From Candidatus Altimarinota bacterium (GTDB lineage: Bacteria > Patescibacteriota > Gracilibacteria > UBA1369): a stretch of DNA of 32,000 nucleotides. Within the stretch, counting starts at the first letter, position 1. Every line of letters starts with the position of its first letter. The notes under the pieces were generated by a model. It did not search any database. It saw nothing but the letters and a program-made list of their open reading frames with translations, and was not told the origin of the DNA. Positions 15,475-24,055 of this stretch are shown piece by piece. The translations under genes and the position numbers were made by a program. The stretch lies in the NCBI GenBank assembly GCA_041659405.1, contig JBAZYK010000014.1:1-32000 (forward strand). The letters run 5' to 3'.

Positions 15475-16581
15475 CTAAAACTTACCTTTATACCGAATAT
15501 CCCCAACAATCAAAACATCCGGCCCAAACCTTTTAGTTTCAAGATTGATTAAATCTATACTTTTAGCCATTTTATTGATTCCAAGATCATTAACAAAGGG
15601 GATTCCTCCGCCAATAATCCTTGGCGCAATAAAAAAGTAACTTTTCTGAATCAGTCTCTCTTTCAAAAAAGCGGTAAAAAGCCCACCACCGGCCTCCAGC
15701 ATAATTTTTCCAATATTTTTTTGGTATAAATCCTTAAGCAAATTTTTTAAAGGAATTCTCTCCCCGGGATAAACCAAAACCTCGATCCCTTTTTGCTTAA
15801 AAGCCTCAAATTTAACACCTTTAGCCACATTTGTAGCAACAATCACATTTTGATCACGATAAACTTTGGCATCAAGACCGGTTTCAAGCCTGGAATCAAT
15901 AATAATTCGCTTAGGATCTTTTCCCTTAACCATCCTCACTCCCAAATGCGAATCATCACTTAAAACGGTTTTAGCCGACGTCACAATCGCATCCACCCAA
16001 TTTCTCATTCTGTGAACTTCTTTTCGTGATTCCTCACCGGTAATCCATTTTGAATCTCCTGTAGCTGTCGCGATTTTTCCATCCAGCGTTATTGCCATTT
16101 TAGAGATAACAAACGGTGATTTATGCAGAACATTATGAATAAAAACCTCATTTAATTTCCGAGCTTCCTGCTCAAGCAGTCCAATTTCAACCTTTATTCC
16201 GGCTTTTTTTAACAACTCCATACCCTTTCCATTCACTAATTTAAACGGGTCACGCATGGCTATTTTAACGTGCTTAACACCTTTGTTGATCAAATAATTT
16301 GTACAAGGAGGAGTCTTCCCAAAGTGAGCACAAGGCTCCAAAGTAACATATAAAATTCCGCCTTTAATCTGTTGAGGTGATAACTTGGAAAGCGCCTCAA
16401 CCTCTGCATGTGGCCGACCGGCTTTTTTATGATAACCTTCAGCAATAATTTTATTATTTTTCACAAATACAGCCCCAACCATTGGATTAGGGAAAGTTCG
16501 CCCCCTGGCTTTTTCAGCAAGCACAAAAGCCCTTTGCATAAAAAGCCTGTCCTGTTTAGAAAATTTATTAGACATAATCAA
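15475..16581 (-). CDS. ribD: Bifunctional riboflavin biosynthesis protein RibD (pyrimidine deaminase / uracil reductase)
   Basis: Deaminase zinc motifs HAEVEAL and TLEPCAHFGKTPPC are present, followed by a C-terminal reductase domain (KMAITLDGKIA, SKWITGEESR). Confidence 0.93.
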   Translation of the reverse strand: MIMSNKFSKQDRLFMQRAFVLAEKARGRTFPNPMVGAVFVKNNKIIAEGYHKKAGRPHAEVEALSKLSPQQIKGGILYVTLEPCAHFGKTPPCTNYLINKGVKHVKIAMRDPFKLVNGKGMELLKKAGIKVEIGLLEQEARKLNEVFIHNVLHKSPFVISKMAITLDGKIATATGDSKWITGEESRKEVHRMRNWVDAIVTSAKTVLSDDSHLGVRMVKGKDPKRIIIDSRLETGLDAKVYRDQNVIVATNVAKGVKFEAFKQKGIEVLVYPGERIPLKNLLKDLYQKNIGKIMLEAGGGLFTAFLKERLIQKSYFFIAPRIIGGGIPFVNDLGINKMAKSIDLINLETKRFGPDVLIVGDIRYKGKF

Positions 16582-17182
16582 GCAAGTGACCTAAACGATT
16601 TTTTTTTGTTAACAAATAGCCTTTATTTACTTTATTAGGTTTAATTTGAATTGATATACGCTTAACAACATCAATGCCGCACTGCGTAATTTCTTTTATT
16701 TTTTTAGGATTATTGGTAAGAAGTTTAATTTTCTTCACTCCAAATTCAGCCAACATCAAAGCGGCAATATCATATTCCCTGGCATCCGCTTCAAACCCCA
16801 ATTGCTTATTTGCATCCACCGTATCAAAACCAAGATCCTGCAAAGCATAAGCCTTAATCTTATTGACCAAACCAATACCACGCCCCTCCTGTCTTAAATA
16901 AAGCAAGATACCGGACTTTTCTTTTTTGATTTGTTTTAAACTTGCTTGAAGCTGGGGCCCACAATCACAACGCAATGAACCAAAAATATCACCGGTTAAA
17001 CATTCAGAATGAATTCTAACCAACATCGGTGTATCTTTTTTAATTTTCCCCATCACCAAAGCAACATGCTCTTTATTATCTTTTCCTCTAAACACATACA
17101 AATGGAACAGGCCGGATTTTGTTGGAAGCAAAGCGTCAGCCACCTTTTTTAACTGATTTTTTTTGTTGTTTTCTGTATTCAA
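16568..17182 (-). CDS. ribA: GTP cyclohydrolase II (RibA module; probably the 3' half of a frameshifted ribBA)
   Basis: Contains RIHSECLTGDIFGSLRCDCGPQL and LRQEGRGIGL. The ORF only opens with a TTG inside the ribB reading frame, and no ATG precedes the catalytic core. Confidence 0.85.
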   Translation of the reverse strand: MNTENNKKNQLKKVADALLPTKSGLFHLYVFRGKDNKEHVALVMGKIKKDTPMLVRIHSECLTGDIFGSLRCDCGPQLQASLKQIKKEKSGILLYLRQEGRGIGLVNKIKAYALQDLGFDTVDANKQLGFEADAREYDIAALMLAEFGVKKIKLLTNNPKKIKEITQCGIDVVKRISIQIKPNKVNKGYLLTKKNRLGHLLDYV

Positions 17183-17774
17183 TGAGATCCTTTATTGAAA
17201 TAAGTCTTAGTTTATAATTTTTAGCAAATTCAATCAAAAAAGGCAAACGTGCCATTTCCCCACTATCTTCAGCAATTTCACAAAGTACACCAACTTCCTT
17301 TAATCCCGCCAACTTCATCAAATCCAACGTGGCCTCTGTATGTCCCGGTCTTTCAAAAACACCATCATCACAGGCACGAATAGGAAAAACATGTCCGGGT
17401 TGAGCAAAATCATCGGACTTGGAAGAATCGGAAGCCAGAGAATTTATTGTTTTAGCTCTATCGGAAGCCGAAATTCCTGTTGTAGTTCCAAAACGATAAT
17501 CAATCGAAATAGTAAAATTAGTCCTAAAAGCCTCATTATTCTTTTTAGCCATATGGTAAAGATCCAGTCGATCCGCCAACTTATTTGAAATAGGAGCACA
17601 AATCAACCCACGGCCTTTTTGCGCCATGAAATTTATGTCGGCAGCTGTCACTTTTTCCCCGGACATAATCAGATCACCTTCATTCTCCCGATCTTCATCA
17701 TCAACCACCACAAGCATCTTGCCTGCTTTAATATCCTCAATAGCGGCCTCAATACCTTTCAAAATATCCTTCAT
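17136..17774 (-). CDS. ribB: 3,4-dihydroxy-2-butanone-4-phosphate synthase (RibB module; 5' half of ribBA)
   Basis: Contains [22 protein letters not shown] and [11 protein letters not shown]. It ends 15 codons after an A8 run and overlaps the RibA frame by 47 nt. Confidence 0.9.
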   Translation of the reverse strand: MKDILKGIEAAIEDIKAGKMLVVVDDEDRENEGDLIMSGEKVTAADINFMAQKGRGLICAPISNKLADRLDLYHMAKKNNEAFRTNFTISIDYRFGTTTGISASDRAKTINSLASDSSKSDDFAQPGHVFPIRACDDGVFERPGHTEATLDLMKLAGLKEVGVLCEIAEDSGEMARLPFLIEFAKNYKLRLISIKDLIEYRKQQKKSVKKGG

Positions 17775-17783
17775 TATTAAAAT

Positions 17784-18371
17784 TTAAACGGAGAAACGTG
17801 CGAAACGAACGATTTTAATATTTTCACCCATCTTTGTAATTGCATGGACCAAAAGCCCTTCAATCGTCTTTTCCGGATCTTTAACAAAAACCTGTTTTAA
17901 AAGCGCATTTTCTTCACGGAATTTTTTTTCTTTACCTGTCAAAATCATTTCGATCATTTTATCGTTTTTTCCTTCATTTTTTAATTGCTGATGCCAAATT
18001 TCACGCTCTTTTTCAACCAATTCATGAGAAACATCATCAGGTGATAAAACCAAAGGATTCATCGCTGCGATATGCATGGCGATATCTTTTGCCAAGTTTT
18101 GGAACTCTTCATTCTTAGCAACGAAATCAGTTTCACATCCAATTTGAACAATAACGCCAAGTTTACCATTTCCATGAATATAACTCGCTACAGTACCCTG
18201 ACTTGTAGATCTTTCACCTCTTTCAATAGCCTTGGCTTCACCCTTTTTTCTAAGTGTATCAATAGCTTTATTTAAATCACCATCAGCCTCTTCCATAGCC
18301 TTCTTACAAGCCATCATGGATGATCCGGTGACCTCGCGTAATTCCTTAATTTGCTCAAGTGTAACTGCCAT
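17784..18371 (-). CDS. tsf: Translation elongation factor Ts (short form, 195 aa)
   Basis: N-terminal UBA-like [37 protein letters not shown], followed by [18 protein letters not shown]. Confidence 0.93.
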   Translation of the reverse strand: MAVTLEQIKELREVTGSSMMACKKAMEEADGDLNKAIDTLRKKGEAKAIERGERSTSQGTVASYIHGNGKLGVIVQIGCETDFVAKNEEFQNLAKDIAMHIAAMNPLVLSPDDVSHELVEKEREIWHQQLKNEGKNDKMIEMILTGKEKKFREENALLKQVFVKDPEKTIEGLLVHAITKMGENIKIVRFARFSV

Positions 18372-18412
18372 TTCAATGAAAAGTTATAAAATAAGTAAAT
18401 ATAAAACCAAAT

Positions 18413-18970
18413 TTAAGACTGAGGTTTATCTGACGATTGTGGCTGTTCAGCATCCTGCGTAGAAGTTGGTTGCTGGCCGGTTATAGCCTGGGTAGCCGCT
18501 TTTGTTAAAACAGTTACCGGCAACTTTTCCGCAACATCACCTAAAACAGGAATCTTCCACCAATTACCCATAAATGCCAAATAAGCTGAATATATGGACA
18601 AAACAAAAAGTACAAATTGACCCAACATCCCCAAAATTGGACCTAAAGGCCAAAACAAAACGTACATAATAACAGTACAGAAAAACAAACCCAACATCAG
18701 CAATCCCTGTTTACCATGAAGCTTCACATAGGCACTTTCAGGTCTAACAATCAAAGCCAATAACGCCATCATTGGTATATAACAAATAGCTCCCCAAAGC
18801 CGATCATCAGAACTAACGGCTGGTTGCACAATTGCAGTTACTGGTGCAGGTGACGAAACCGAAGCAGCAGTTGGACTTTGAGCCGCTACAGGCTGAACCG
18901 GCTGAGTATTTTGACTCTGCGCATTTTCAACAGGAGCGGAAGAAGAGGATTCTACTTTATTATCAAGCAT
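18413..18970 (-). CDS. Membrane protein with a low-complexity N-terminus and a DUF4870-like core
   Basis: The N-terminal 55 aa or so are rich in S/P/A/Q/V. The core reads DDRLWGAICYIPMMALLALIVRPESAYVKLHGKQGLLMLGLFF and has 3-4 TM segments. This resembles the W..l.yl....ii......s.fv..HakqaL pattern of DUF4870-type proteins, from memory. Confidence 0.5.
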   Translation of the reverse strand: MLDNKVESSSSAPVENAQSQNTQPVQPVAAQSPTAASVSSPAPVTAIVQPAVSSDDRLWGAICYIPMMALLALIVRPESAYVKLHGKQGLLMLGLFFCTVIMYVLFWPLGPILGMLGQFVLFVLSIYSAYLAFMGNWWKIPVLGDVAEKLPVTVLTKAATQAITGQQPTSTQDAEQPQSSDKPQS

Positions 18971-18984
18971 TTTGATGAAAATTA

Positions 18985-19671
18985 TTATTTAGTACCTTTC
19001 CCACCCAAAATAGCACTTTTAACTTTGTGAATCAAATACGTAAGAGACTTAACCGCATCGTCATTTCCGGGAATTGGATAAGCAATACCGTCCGGGTTAG
19101 CATTGGAATCCGCAATAGCCACAACCGGGATTTTTACCTTATTAGCTTCACGAACAACAATACGATCACGAACCGCATCAGCCAAGAAAATTACATCAGG
19201 AAGCCTTTCTACGTCAATAACACCACCTAACGCCGCATCAAGTTTTTCGATCTCTTTTCTTAAAACCACTGCTTCTTTTTTAGTGTATTTTTCAAATCCA
19301 CCTGATTTTTCTTGTTCTTTTAAAGTCTTATAATAACGAATACGTTGCTTCATTGTAGTGAAGTTTGTCAACAAACCACCCATCCATTTGTGAACAACAA
19401 AAGGCATTTTAACAGCTTCTGCGGCCTCTTTCATCAACTCGGCAGCTTGTGGCTTAGTGCTGACAAAAAGGATTGTTTTACCACTGGCAGCGGCGTTTCT
19501 TAAAAAATCAACAGCTTTATCCAAAGCAATTTCTGTTTTTTCCAAATCAAAAATATGAACTCCATTTCGGGCTCCAAAGAGGTACTTTCTCATCTTTGGG
19601 TTCCATTTTTGAGTCTTATGTCCAAAATGGACAGCGTTGTCCAACATTTCCTTTATAACGGTCTGATTCAT
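18985..19671 (-). CDS. rpsB: 30S ribosomal protein S2
   Basis: Contains MLDNAVHFGHKTQKWNPKM, GGLLTNF and VVAIADSNANPDGIAYPIPGNDDA. An AAGGA Shine-Dalgarno sequence lies 4 nt upstream of the ATG. Confidence 0.96.
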   Translation of the reverse strand: MNQTVIKEMLDNAVHFGHKTQKWNPKMRKYLFGARNGVHIFDLEKTEIALDKAVDFLRNAAASGKTILFVSTKPQAAELMKEAAEAVKMPFVVHKWMGGLLTNFTTMKQRIRYYKTLKEQEKSGGFEKYTKKEAVVLRKEIEKLDAALGGVIDVERLPDVIFLADAVRDRIVVREANKVKIPVVAIADSNANPDGIAYPIPGNDDAVKSLTYLIHKVKSAILGGKGTK

Positions 19672-19802
19672 ATATCCTTGGGGTTAATTTACCCTCATCA
19701 TCTTGCGCTTAACCCATAAACGGGAGGACAGCACAATCTAAAGGTAAACTGAAATAAAAACAGCGAAAATCTATAGTAATTCCGCCATAAATGCAAGGGT
19801 AT

Positions 19803-19832
19803 TTGACCAAACAGGGTAAAAAATGCTAAAAT
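19803..19832 (+). promoter_or_regulatory. Candidate extended -10 promoter for the kinase / STAS / PrsW gene run
   Basis: TTGACC (19803-19808), an 18 nt spacer, then TAAAAT (19827-19832) preceded by TGc, giving a TGnTAAAAT extended -10 element. The ATG is at 19855. Confidence 0.4.
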
Positions 19833-19854
19833 TATATGAACTTTTGAGAATTAT

Positions 19855-20379
19855 ATGGAAACACCAACTCCGGAAAACAAACCGGTAAAAATAACAATCA
19901 CCCTGCCTACCAATGCTTATTTCATGTCGGGGATAAGAGATTTTACTTTATCTCTCATTCGCAACATGACCGAATTTTCGGAACAATGGGCATTCAGGTT
20001 TCAATCCGTAGTTGATGAACTTTGCAATAACGCAATTGAACACGGCACAGCGCCGGGAGATGATATTAAAATAACTTTCATCAGCAATCCTCACGAAAGT
20101 ATTGAAATATTGGTTGAAGATAAAAATAACGGCACAAATAAAACAACCGCCGAACAACTAAAACAACTGATAGATGAAAGAAGAAAACCAAACTACATTC
20201 ACAAAGGTATCCGTGGCAGAGGACTTTCTAAAATCGTCGCAGAATGGACGGATGAATTGGAGTTTAAAGATATAGAAAATAATGGTATTTTAGTTAGAGT
20301 GAAAAAGAATTTAAACGATCCAAAACTCAAAGAAATGGCACAATCCTCAGCGGATCCAAGTCATCTTGTGCTCAATTAA
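19855..20379 (+). CDS. HATPase_c-type anti-sigma-factor-like serine protein kinase (RsbW/SpoIIAB-like)
   Basis: The N-box is VVDELCNNAIEHG and the G-box-like segment is KGIRGRGLSKIV. The size (174 aa) and the immediately downstream STAS gene fit RsbW-type kinases. The DxGxG box is degenerate (VEDKNNG). Confidence 0.7.
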   Translation: METPTPENKPVKITITLPTNAYFMSGIRDFTLSLIRNMTEFSEQWAFRFQSVVDELCNNAIEHGTAPGDDIKITFISNPHESIEILVEDKNNGTNKTTAEQLKQLIDERRKPNYIHKGIRGRGLSKIVAEWTDELEFKDIENNGILVRVKKNLNDPKLKEMAQSSADPSHLVLN

Positions 20380-20439
20380 GCGCCCAGTCCCAAATCCATC
20401 ATTTCTAATTACAAATTATTAATTACTAATTAAAAACCC

Positions 20440-20826
20440 ATGACAGAAATAAACATTACAGTTGAAGACATTCCGGCAACTACTCAAAACCAAGCGGTAA
20501 AACTGGCTAAATTCCAGGGACAGCTTGATGAAAGCAACGTTGACGAAAAATCCAAAATTATTTACGGACTCATCGAGCAAAATCCTAAAAACTTATATTT
20601 ACTTTTCGACTTTGAAGAATTGGAATATATGAATAGCAAGGCCGTAGGATACCTGACCGACTGGTATGGCAAAATTGCGGAAGCCCAGGGCAAAATCGTT
20701 ATAGCAAAAGCTAAAAGCAACATCTTGGATATTCTTCAGGTCGTGGGTTTGACTCAACTGATTAACACCTATCCAACTTTGGACGAAGCGAAATTTGCGT
20801 TATTGCATGACGTTGCTGCACATTAA
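20440..20826 (+). CDS. STAS-domain anti-sigma-factor-antagonist-like protein (second copy)
   Basis: LLFDFEELEYMNSKAVGYLTDWYGKIAEAQGKIVIAKAKSNILDILQVVGL. The Ser at the presumed phospho-site is retained (N-S-K-A-V-G). Confidence 0.85.
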   Translation: MTEINITVEDIPATTQNQAVKLAKFQGQLDESNVDEKSKIIYGLIEQNPKNLYLLFDFEELEYMNSKAVGYLTDWYGKIAEAQGKIVIAKAKSNILDILQVVGLTQLINTYPTLDEAKFALLHDVAAH

Positions 20827-20848
20827 AAATCCTTAATACGGATAGGCT

Positions 20849-21952
20849 ATGGACAGCACCTTTACCCTCTATCTTGTTTCTGGACTCTTAGCCCTCGCCC
20901 CGGCGGCAATTTGGTTAACCGTGATTTTCAAAAAAACTAAAAGACACGGATTACAAGTACTGCTCTTTCTTGCGGGAACACTCTCGGTGATTCCGATTTT
21001 TGCAATGCAGTACTTCCTGAACTTCTTCCCTCAATTTAGCATTGTCAACTTTCTTCAGGAAAACATCAATGATCAAAATTTCAATTTTATCGTACTTTTT
21101 ATATGTGTTGGAATAACCGAAGAAATAGTTAAACAAGCCTTAATAAGATTCATAGACAAAAGGTACTTGCTGATAGAAACAATCAACGAATCAATTCAAT
21201 TCAGCCTGGTTGCAGCTTTGGGGTTTTCATTCATTGAAAATATTTTTTACATCTATCATATTTGGACAAATCTGGGTATCCAACAGCTTTTCATAGCCTA
21301 CTTATTCAGATCAATTTTCACTACCTGCGCCCACCTTATGTTTTCCGGCATATTCGGTTATTATTATGGAATTGCAAAATTCTCATTAAATATTCGTGAA
21401 CAATCGGAAATGGCCGGCAAAAAACATCATTTCCAAAGGTTCCTGGCAAGAGTCTTTAACTATTCCAAATCTCAAGCCTTTAAAGAAACAACTATCTTAA
21501 AGGGACTTTTTATTGCAATCGGACTACATGCGATTTTTGACTTCCTTCTACAATTAAACCAAATTATACCGGTAGTTATTTTCGTAGTGATCGGTTATGG
21601 AATTTTGCGACTTCTATTAAAGCAAAAAACAGGAAGGCTTGTTTTGATAAACGATATCGATAACGTCCGTGAATCAAGCATGGCAAAGACGGATGAAGAA
21701 GTTGTTGTTGAGCTACTCGGCATGTGGTTTAAGGAAAAAAAGTATGTCGATGTAATTCATATCTGCGAAAGACTTTTGGAACGTGATCCGGACAATAAGG
21801 TCGTTCAATTATTCAAGAGTAAAGCCATAGATAACATGAGCAATAACAGTATTTATGCCAAAATTTTGGGAACAATGTTTCCAGCCAAATCGATTTCCAT
21901 TTCAAAACTCATCAAAGTAAAAGAAAAAGACACCAAAGAAGAAAAACTTTAG
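20849..21952 (+). CDS. PrsW-family intramembrane protease with a C-terminal soluble TPR-like extension
   Basis: All four PrsW signature blocks are visible: GITEEIVKQ (EExxK), FSFIENIFY (FxxxE), HLMFSGIFGYYYG (HxxxxG) and HAIFDF (HxxxD). There are about 7 TM segments, followed by roughly 100 cytoplasmic aa (YVDVIHICERLLERDPDN). Confidence 0.8.
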   Translation: MDSTFTLYLVSGLLALAPAAIWLTVIFKKTKRHGLQVLLFLAGTLSVIPIFAMQYFLNFFPQFSIVNFLQENINDQNFNFIVLFICVGITEEIVKQALIRFIDKRYLLIETINESIQFSLVAALGFSFIENIFYIYHIWTNLGIQQLFIAYLFRSIFTTCAHLMFSGIFGYYYGIAKFSLNIREQSEMAGKKHHFQRFLARVFNYSKSQAFKETTILKGLFIAIGLHAIFDFLLQLNQIIPVVIFVVIGYGILRLLLKQKTGRLVLINDIDNVRESSMAKTDEEVVVELLGMWFKEKKYVDVIHICERLLERDPDNKVVQLFKSKAIDNMSNNSIYAKILGTMFPAKSISISKLIKVKEKDTKEEKL

Positions 21953-22008
21953 GCTTTACTCAAGAGCAAAAAATTCGTATCATAAAAAATGCTTTTGAGT
22001 AATTTTAA

Positions 22009-23127
22009 ATGTCCCTAAAAAACGTTAAACTGGCAATCGTTTGTGACTGGTTAACAAACACCGGTGGAGCAGAAAAAGTTATTTTGGCTCTCCACCATCT
22101 TTTTCCGAAAGCGCCAATTTACACTTCCATTTATAATCCACAAAAAATTAAAGGATTTGAAAACGCGATAATCAACACTTCATATCTGCAAAACCTTCCT
22201 TTTGCAAAAGACAAACATCAATTGTATTTAGCATTGATGCCACACGCCTTTGAAAGGTTTGATTTGAGCGGGTACGACATTGTTATTTCAAGCTCTCACT
22301 CTTGCGCTAAAGGCGTAATAACCAAACCGCAAACTTTACATATTTGTTATTGCCATTCCCCAATGCGTTATGCCTGGGAAAATAGTCACAAATATATTCA
22401 GGAGTACGAAGTAAACAGTATTGTAAAAAAGATCGCACCGCTTTTCATGCACAAAATAAGAATGTGGGATCGATTAAGCGCAGACAGAGTGGATAATTTT
22501 ATTGCCAATTCCAAGCACATCCAAAATCGAATCAATAAATATTATCGCAAACCATCAAGCGTTATTTATCCATTTGTTGATTGCAAAAATTATAATGTTA
22601 ACCCAAATCGACAAGACTTCTTTTTGGCCGTAGGAAGACTAACGCCTTACAAAAAATTTGACCTTATAATTGAAACTTTTAACGAACTGAACCTGCCCTT
22701 GAAAATTGTTGGAACGGGAGTTGCCTACAAAAAATTAAAAGAAATGGCCAATGACAATATTGAATTTCTGGGCCACGTTTCAAACAATAAATTAACGGAA
22801 CTATACAGCCAGGCAAAAGCCCTTATCTTTCCGCAAATTGAGGATTTCGGGATTACTCCGTTAGAGGCAATGGCTTCGGGATGCCCGGTAATAGCCTATA
22901 ACAAAGGTGGTGCCCTGGAAACAATCGTCGATAAAAAGACCGGAATATTTTTCAATGAGCAAAATGCAGTTACTTTAAAGGCGGCAATTGAAAAATTCAA
23001 CAAAATGAATTTCGATCCACAGGCAATCAGAGAACATGCCGAGAAATTTGATTTAAAGATCTTTAACGAGAAAATGCTTGAATTTATTGAGAAAAAGTGG
23101 GAAAACTGGGTAACCGATATGCATTAA
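22009..23127 (+). CDS. Glycosyltransferase, GT4 / group 1 family
   Basis: Contains VGRLTPYKKFDLIIETF and the E-x7-E-type block PQIEDFGITPLEAMASGCPVIAYNKGGALE. Confidence 0.85.
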   Translation: MSLKNVKLAIVCDWLTNTGGAEKVILALHHLFPKAPIYTSIYNPQKIKGFENAIINTSYLQNLPFAKDKHQLYLALMPHAFERFDLSGYDIVISSSHSCAKGVITKPQTLHICYCHSPMRYAWENSHKYIQEYEVNSIVKKIAPLFMHKIRMWDRLSADRVDNFIANSKHIQNRINKYYRKPSSVIYPFVDCKNYNVNPNRQDFFLAVGRLTPYKKFDLIIETFNELNLPLKIVGTGVAYKKLKEMANDNIEFLGHVSNNKLTELYSQAKALIFPQIEDFGITPLEAMASGCPVIAYNKGGALETIVDKKTGIFFNEQNAVTLKAAIEKFNKMNFDPQAIREHAEKFDLKIFNEKMLEFIEKKWENWVTDMH

Positions 23128-23137
23128 TTAATCAATT

Positions 23138-24055
23138 ATGGAAATTGTCGAATATTTAAATTTCATAAAAAGGAACTGGAAAGTCTTATTGATGCTGACA
23201 ATAGTCACAACACTAAGCGCACTTTATTTTGCCAATTCAAAAAATAAAATAAGTTATGAAGACACAATTTATGCAAGTATTGGCGCAAAACAAACCGCTT
23301 CCACCAGCTTATATGAAAGCGTTCAGGCCGCGGATCAATTCGCCGAAACAATTACCGGATGGTTCAAAGATCAGAATTTCGTTAATAAAATTTCCGGCAA
23401 AAATATAAATGATAATTTTAATATTTCAGCAAAGAAACAGGAAAGACAAAATATTTCAATAAATTTCACCGGTTCAACCAAAGAAGAAGCTGAAAAAATA
23501 AGTAACAATCTGGAAAAAGAGCTCAATAATCAGCTAGCCATTTACAATAATCTAACTCAAAGTGGTTTTATAATCGGATCATATTCATCAAATATAGAGC
23601 CAAAGAACTATCCTTTCATCTTAGTCGTTATTTTTGGAATGATTGGTGGATTCATACTCGGCCAAATAATCGCATTGGCCCATGAGTATTTCTTCATGCT
23701 TGCCACAACCCAAGAACAGATTATCTCCATTCTTAATAAAAAGCCTTTGGAAAGATTGGGAGATGAAAAAATAAAGAGCCTGGAGACTGTTGGTGCCTAT
23801 TTAAAGGGCCAAAGCGCCAAAAAGGTTATCATTGCCGGATTGAATATAAATCCCGAAAAAATCAGTAAACTTCTTCAAAAAACCAATTCTGGAAAAACTT
23901 TTCAGGCAATTACACTTCCACAAGACTCAATGGAAATAATCAGTAAAGAGTGGATTATCTTGGTTTGCAGACTCGGAAAAACCAAGCTTCAAGATTTGGA
24001 AAAGATTCAAAAACTTTTACCGGGCGATTTTGAGTACCTTATAGTCAATGCATGA
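23138..24055 (+). CDS. Wzz/PCP-like polysaccharide co-polymerase-type membrane protein with a short, degenerate BY-kinase-like tail
   Basis: The topology is Wzz-like: an N-terminal TM (WKVLLMLTIVTTLSALYFA), a loop of about 130 aa, then a second TM (FILVVIFGMIGGFILGQIIAL). The tail KKVIIAGLNINPEKIS...WIILVCRLGKTKLQDLEKIQKLL..FEYLIVNA aligns by eye with CpsD/Wze-type kinases, but it lacks GK(S/T). Confidence 0.45.
   Translation: MEIVEYLNFIKRNWKVLLMLTIVTTLSALYFANSKNKISYEDTIYASIGAKQTASTSLYESVQAADQFAETITGWFKDQNFVNKISGKNINDNFNISAKKQERQNISINFTGSTKEEAEKISNNLEKELNNQLAIYNNLTQSGFIIGSYSSNIEPKNYPFILVVIFGMIGGFILGQIIALAHEYFFMLATTQEQIISILNKKPLERLGDEKIKSLETVGAYLKGQSAKKVIIAGLNINPEKISKLLQKTNSGKTFQAITLPQDSMEIISKEWIILVCRLGKTKLQDLEKIQKLLPGDFEYLIVNA

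Noticed and set aside
17775-17783. Expected FMN riboswitch upstream of ribB
   Set aside because: Only 9 nt separate the tsf stop from the ribB start, so no aptamer can fit. The 121 nt gap at 15354-15474 lies downstream of ribD and holds a promoter-like element for the next operon, not a riboswitch-like sequence.
19672-19802. rpsB 5' leader considered as an S2-autoregulatory structured element
   Set aside because: Only short 4 bp pairings are visible (GGGT/ACCC). I cannot match it to any known rpsB leader motif by eye, so a covariance-model scan would be needed.
21959-21999. Imperfect inverted repeat CTCAAGAGCA...TGCTTTTGAG after prsW, considered as a terminator
   Set aside because: It has a 21 nt AT-rich loop, one mismatch, low GC and only a short T stretch afterwards. 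That is too weak to call an intrinsic terminator, and it may equally be read through into the glycosyltransferase genes.
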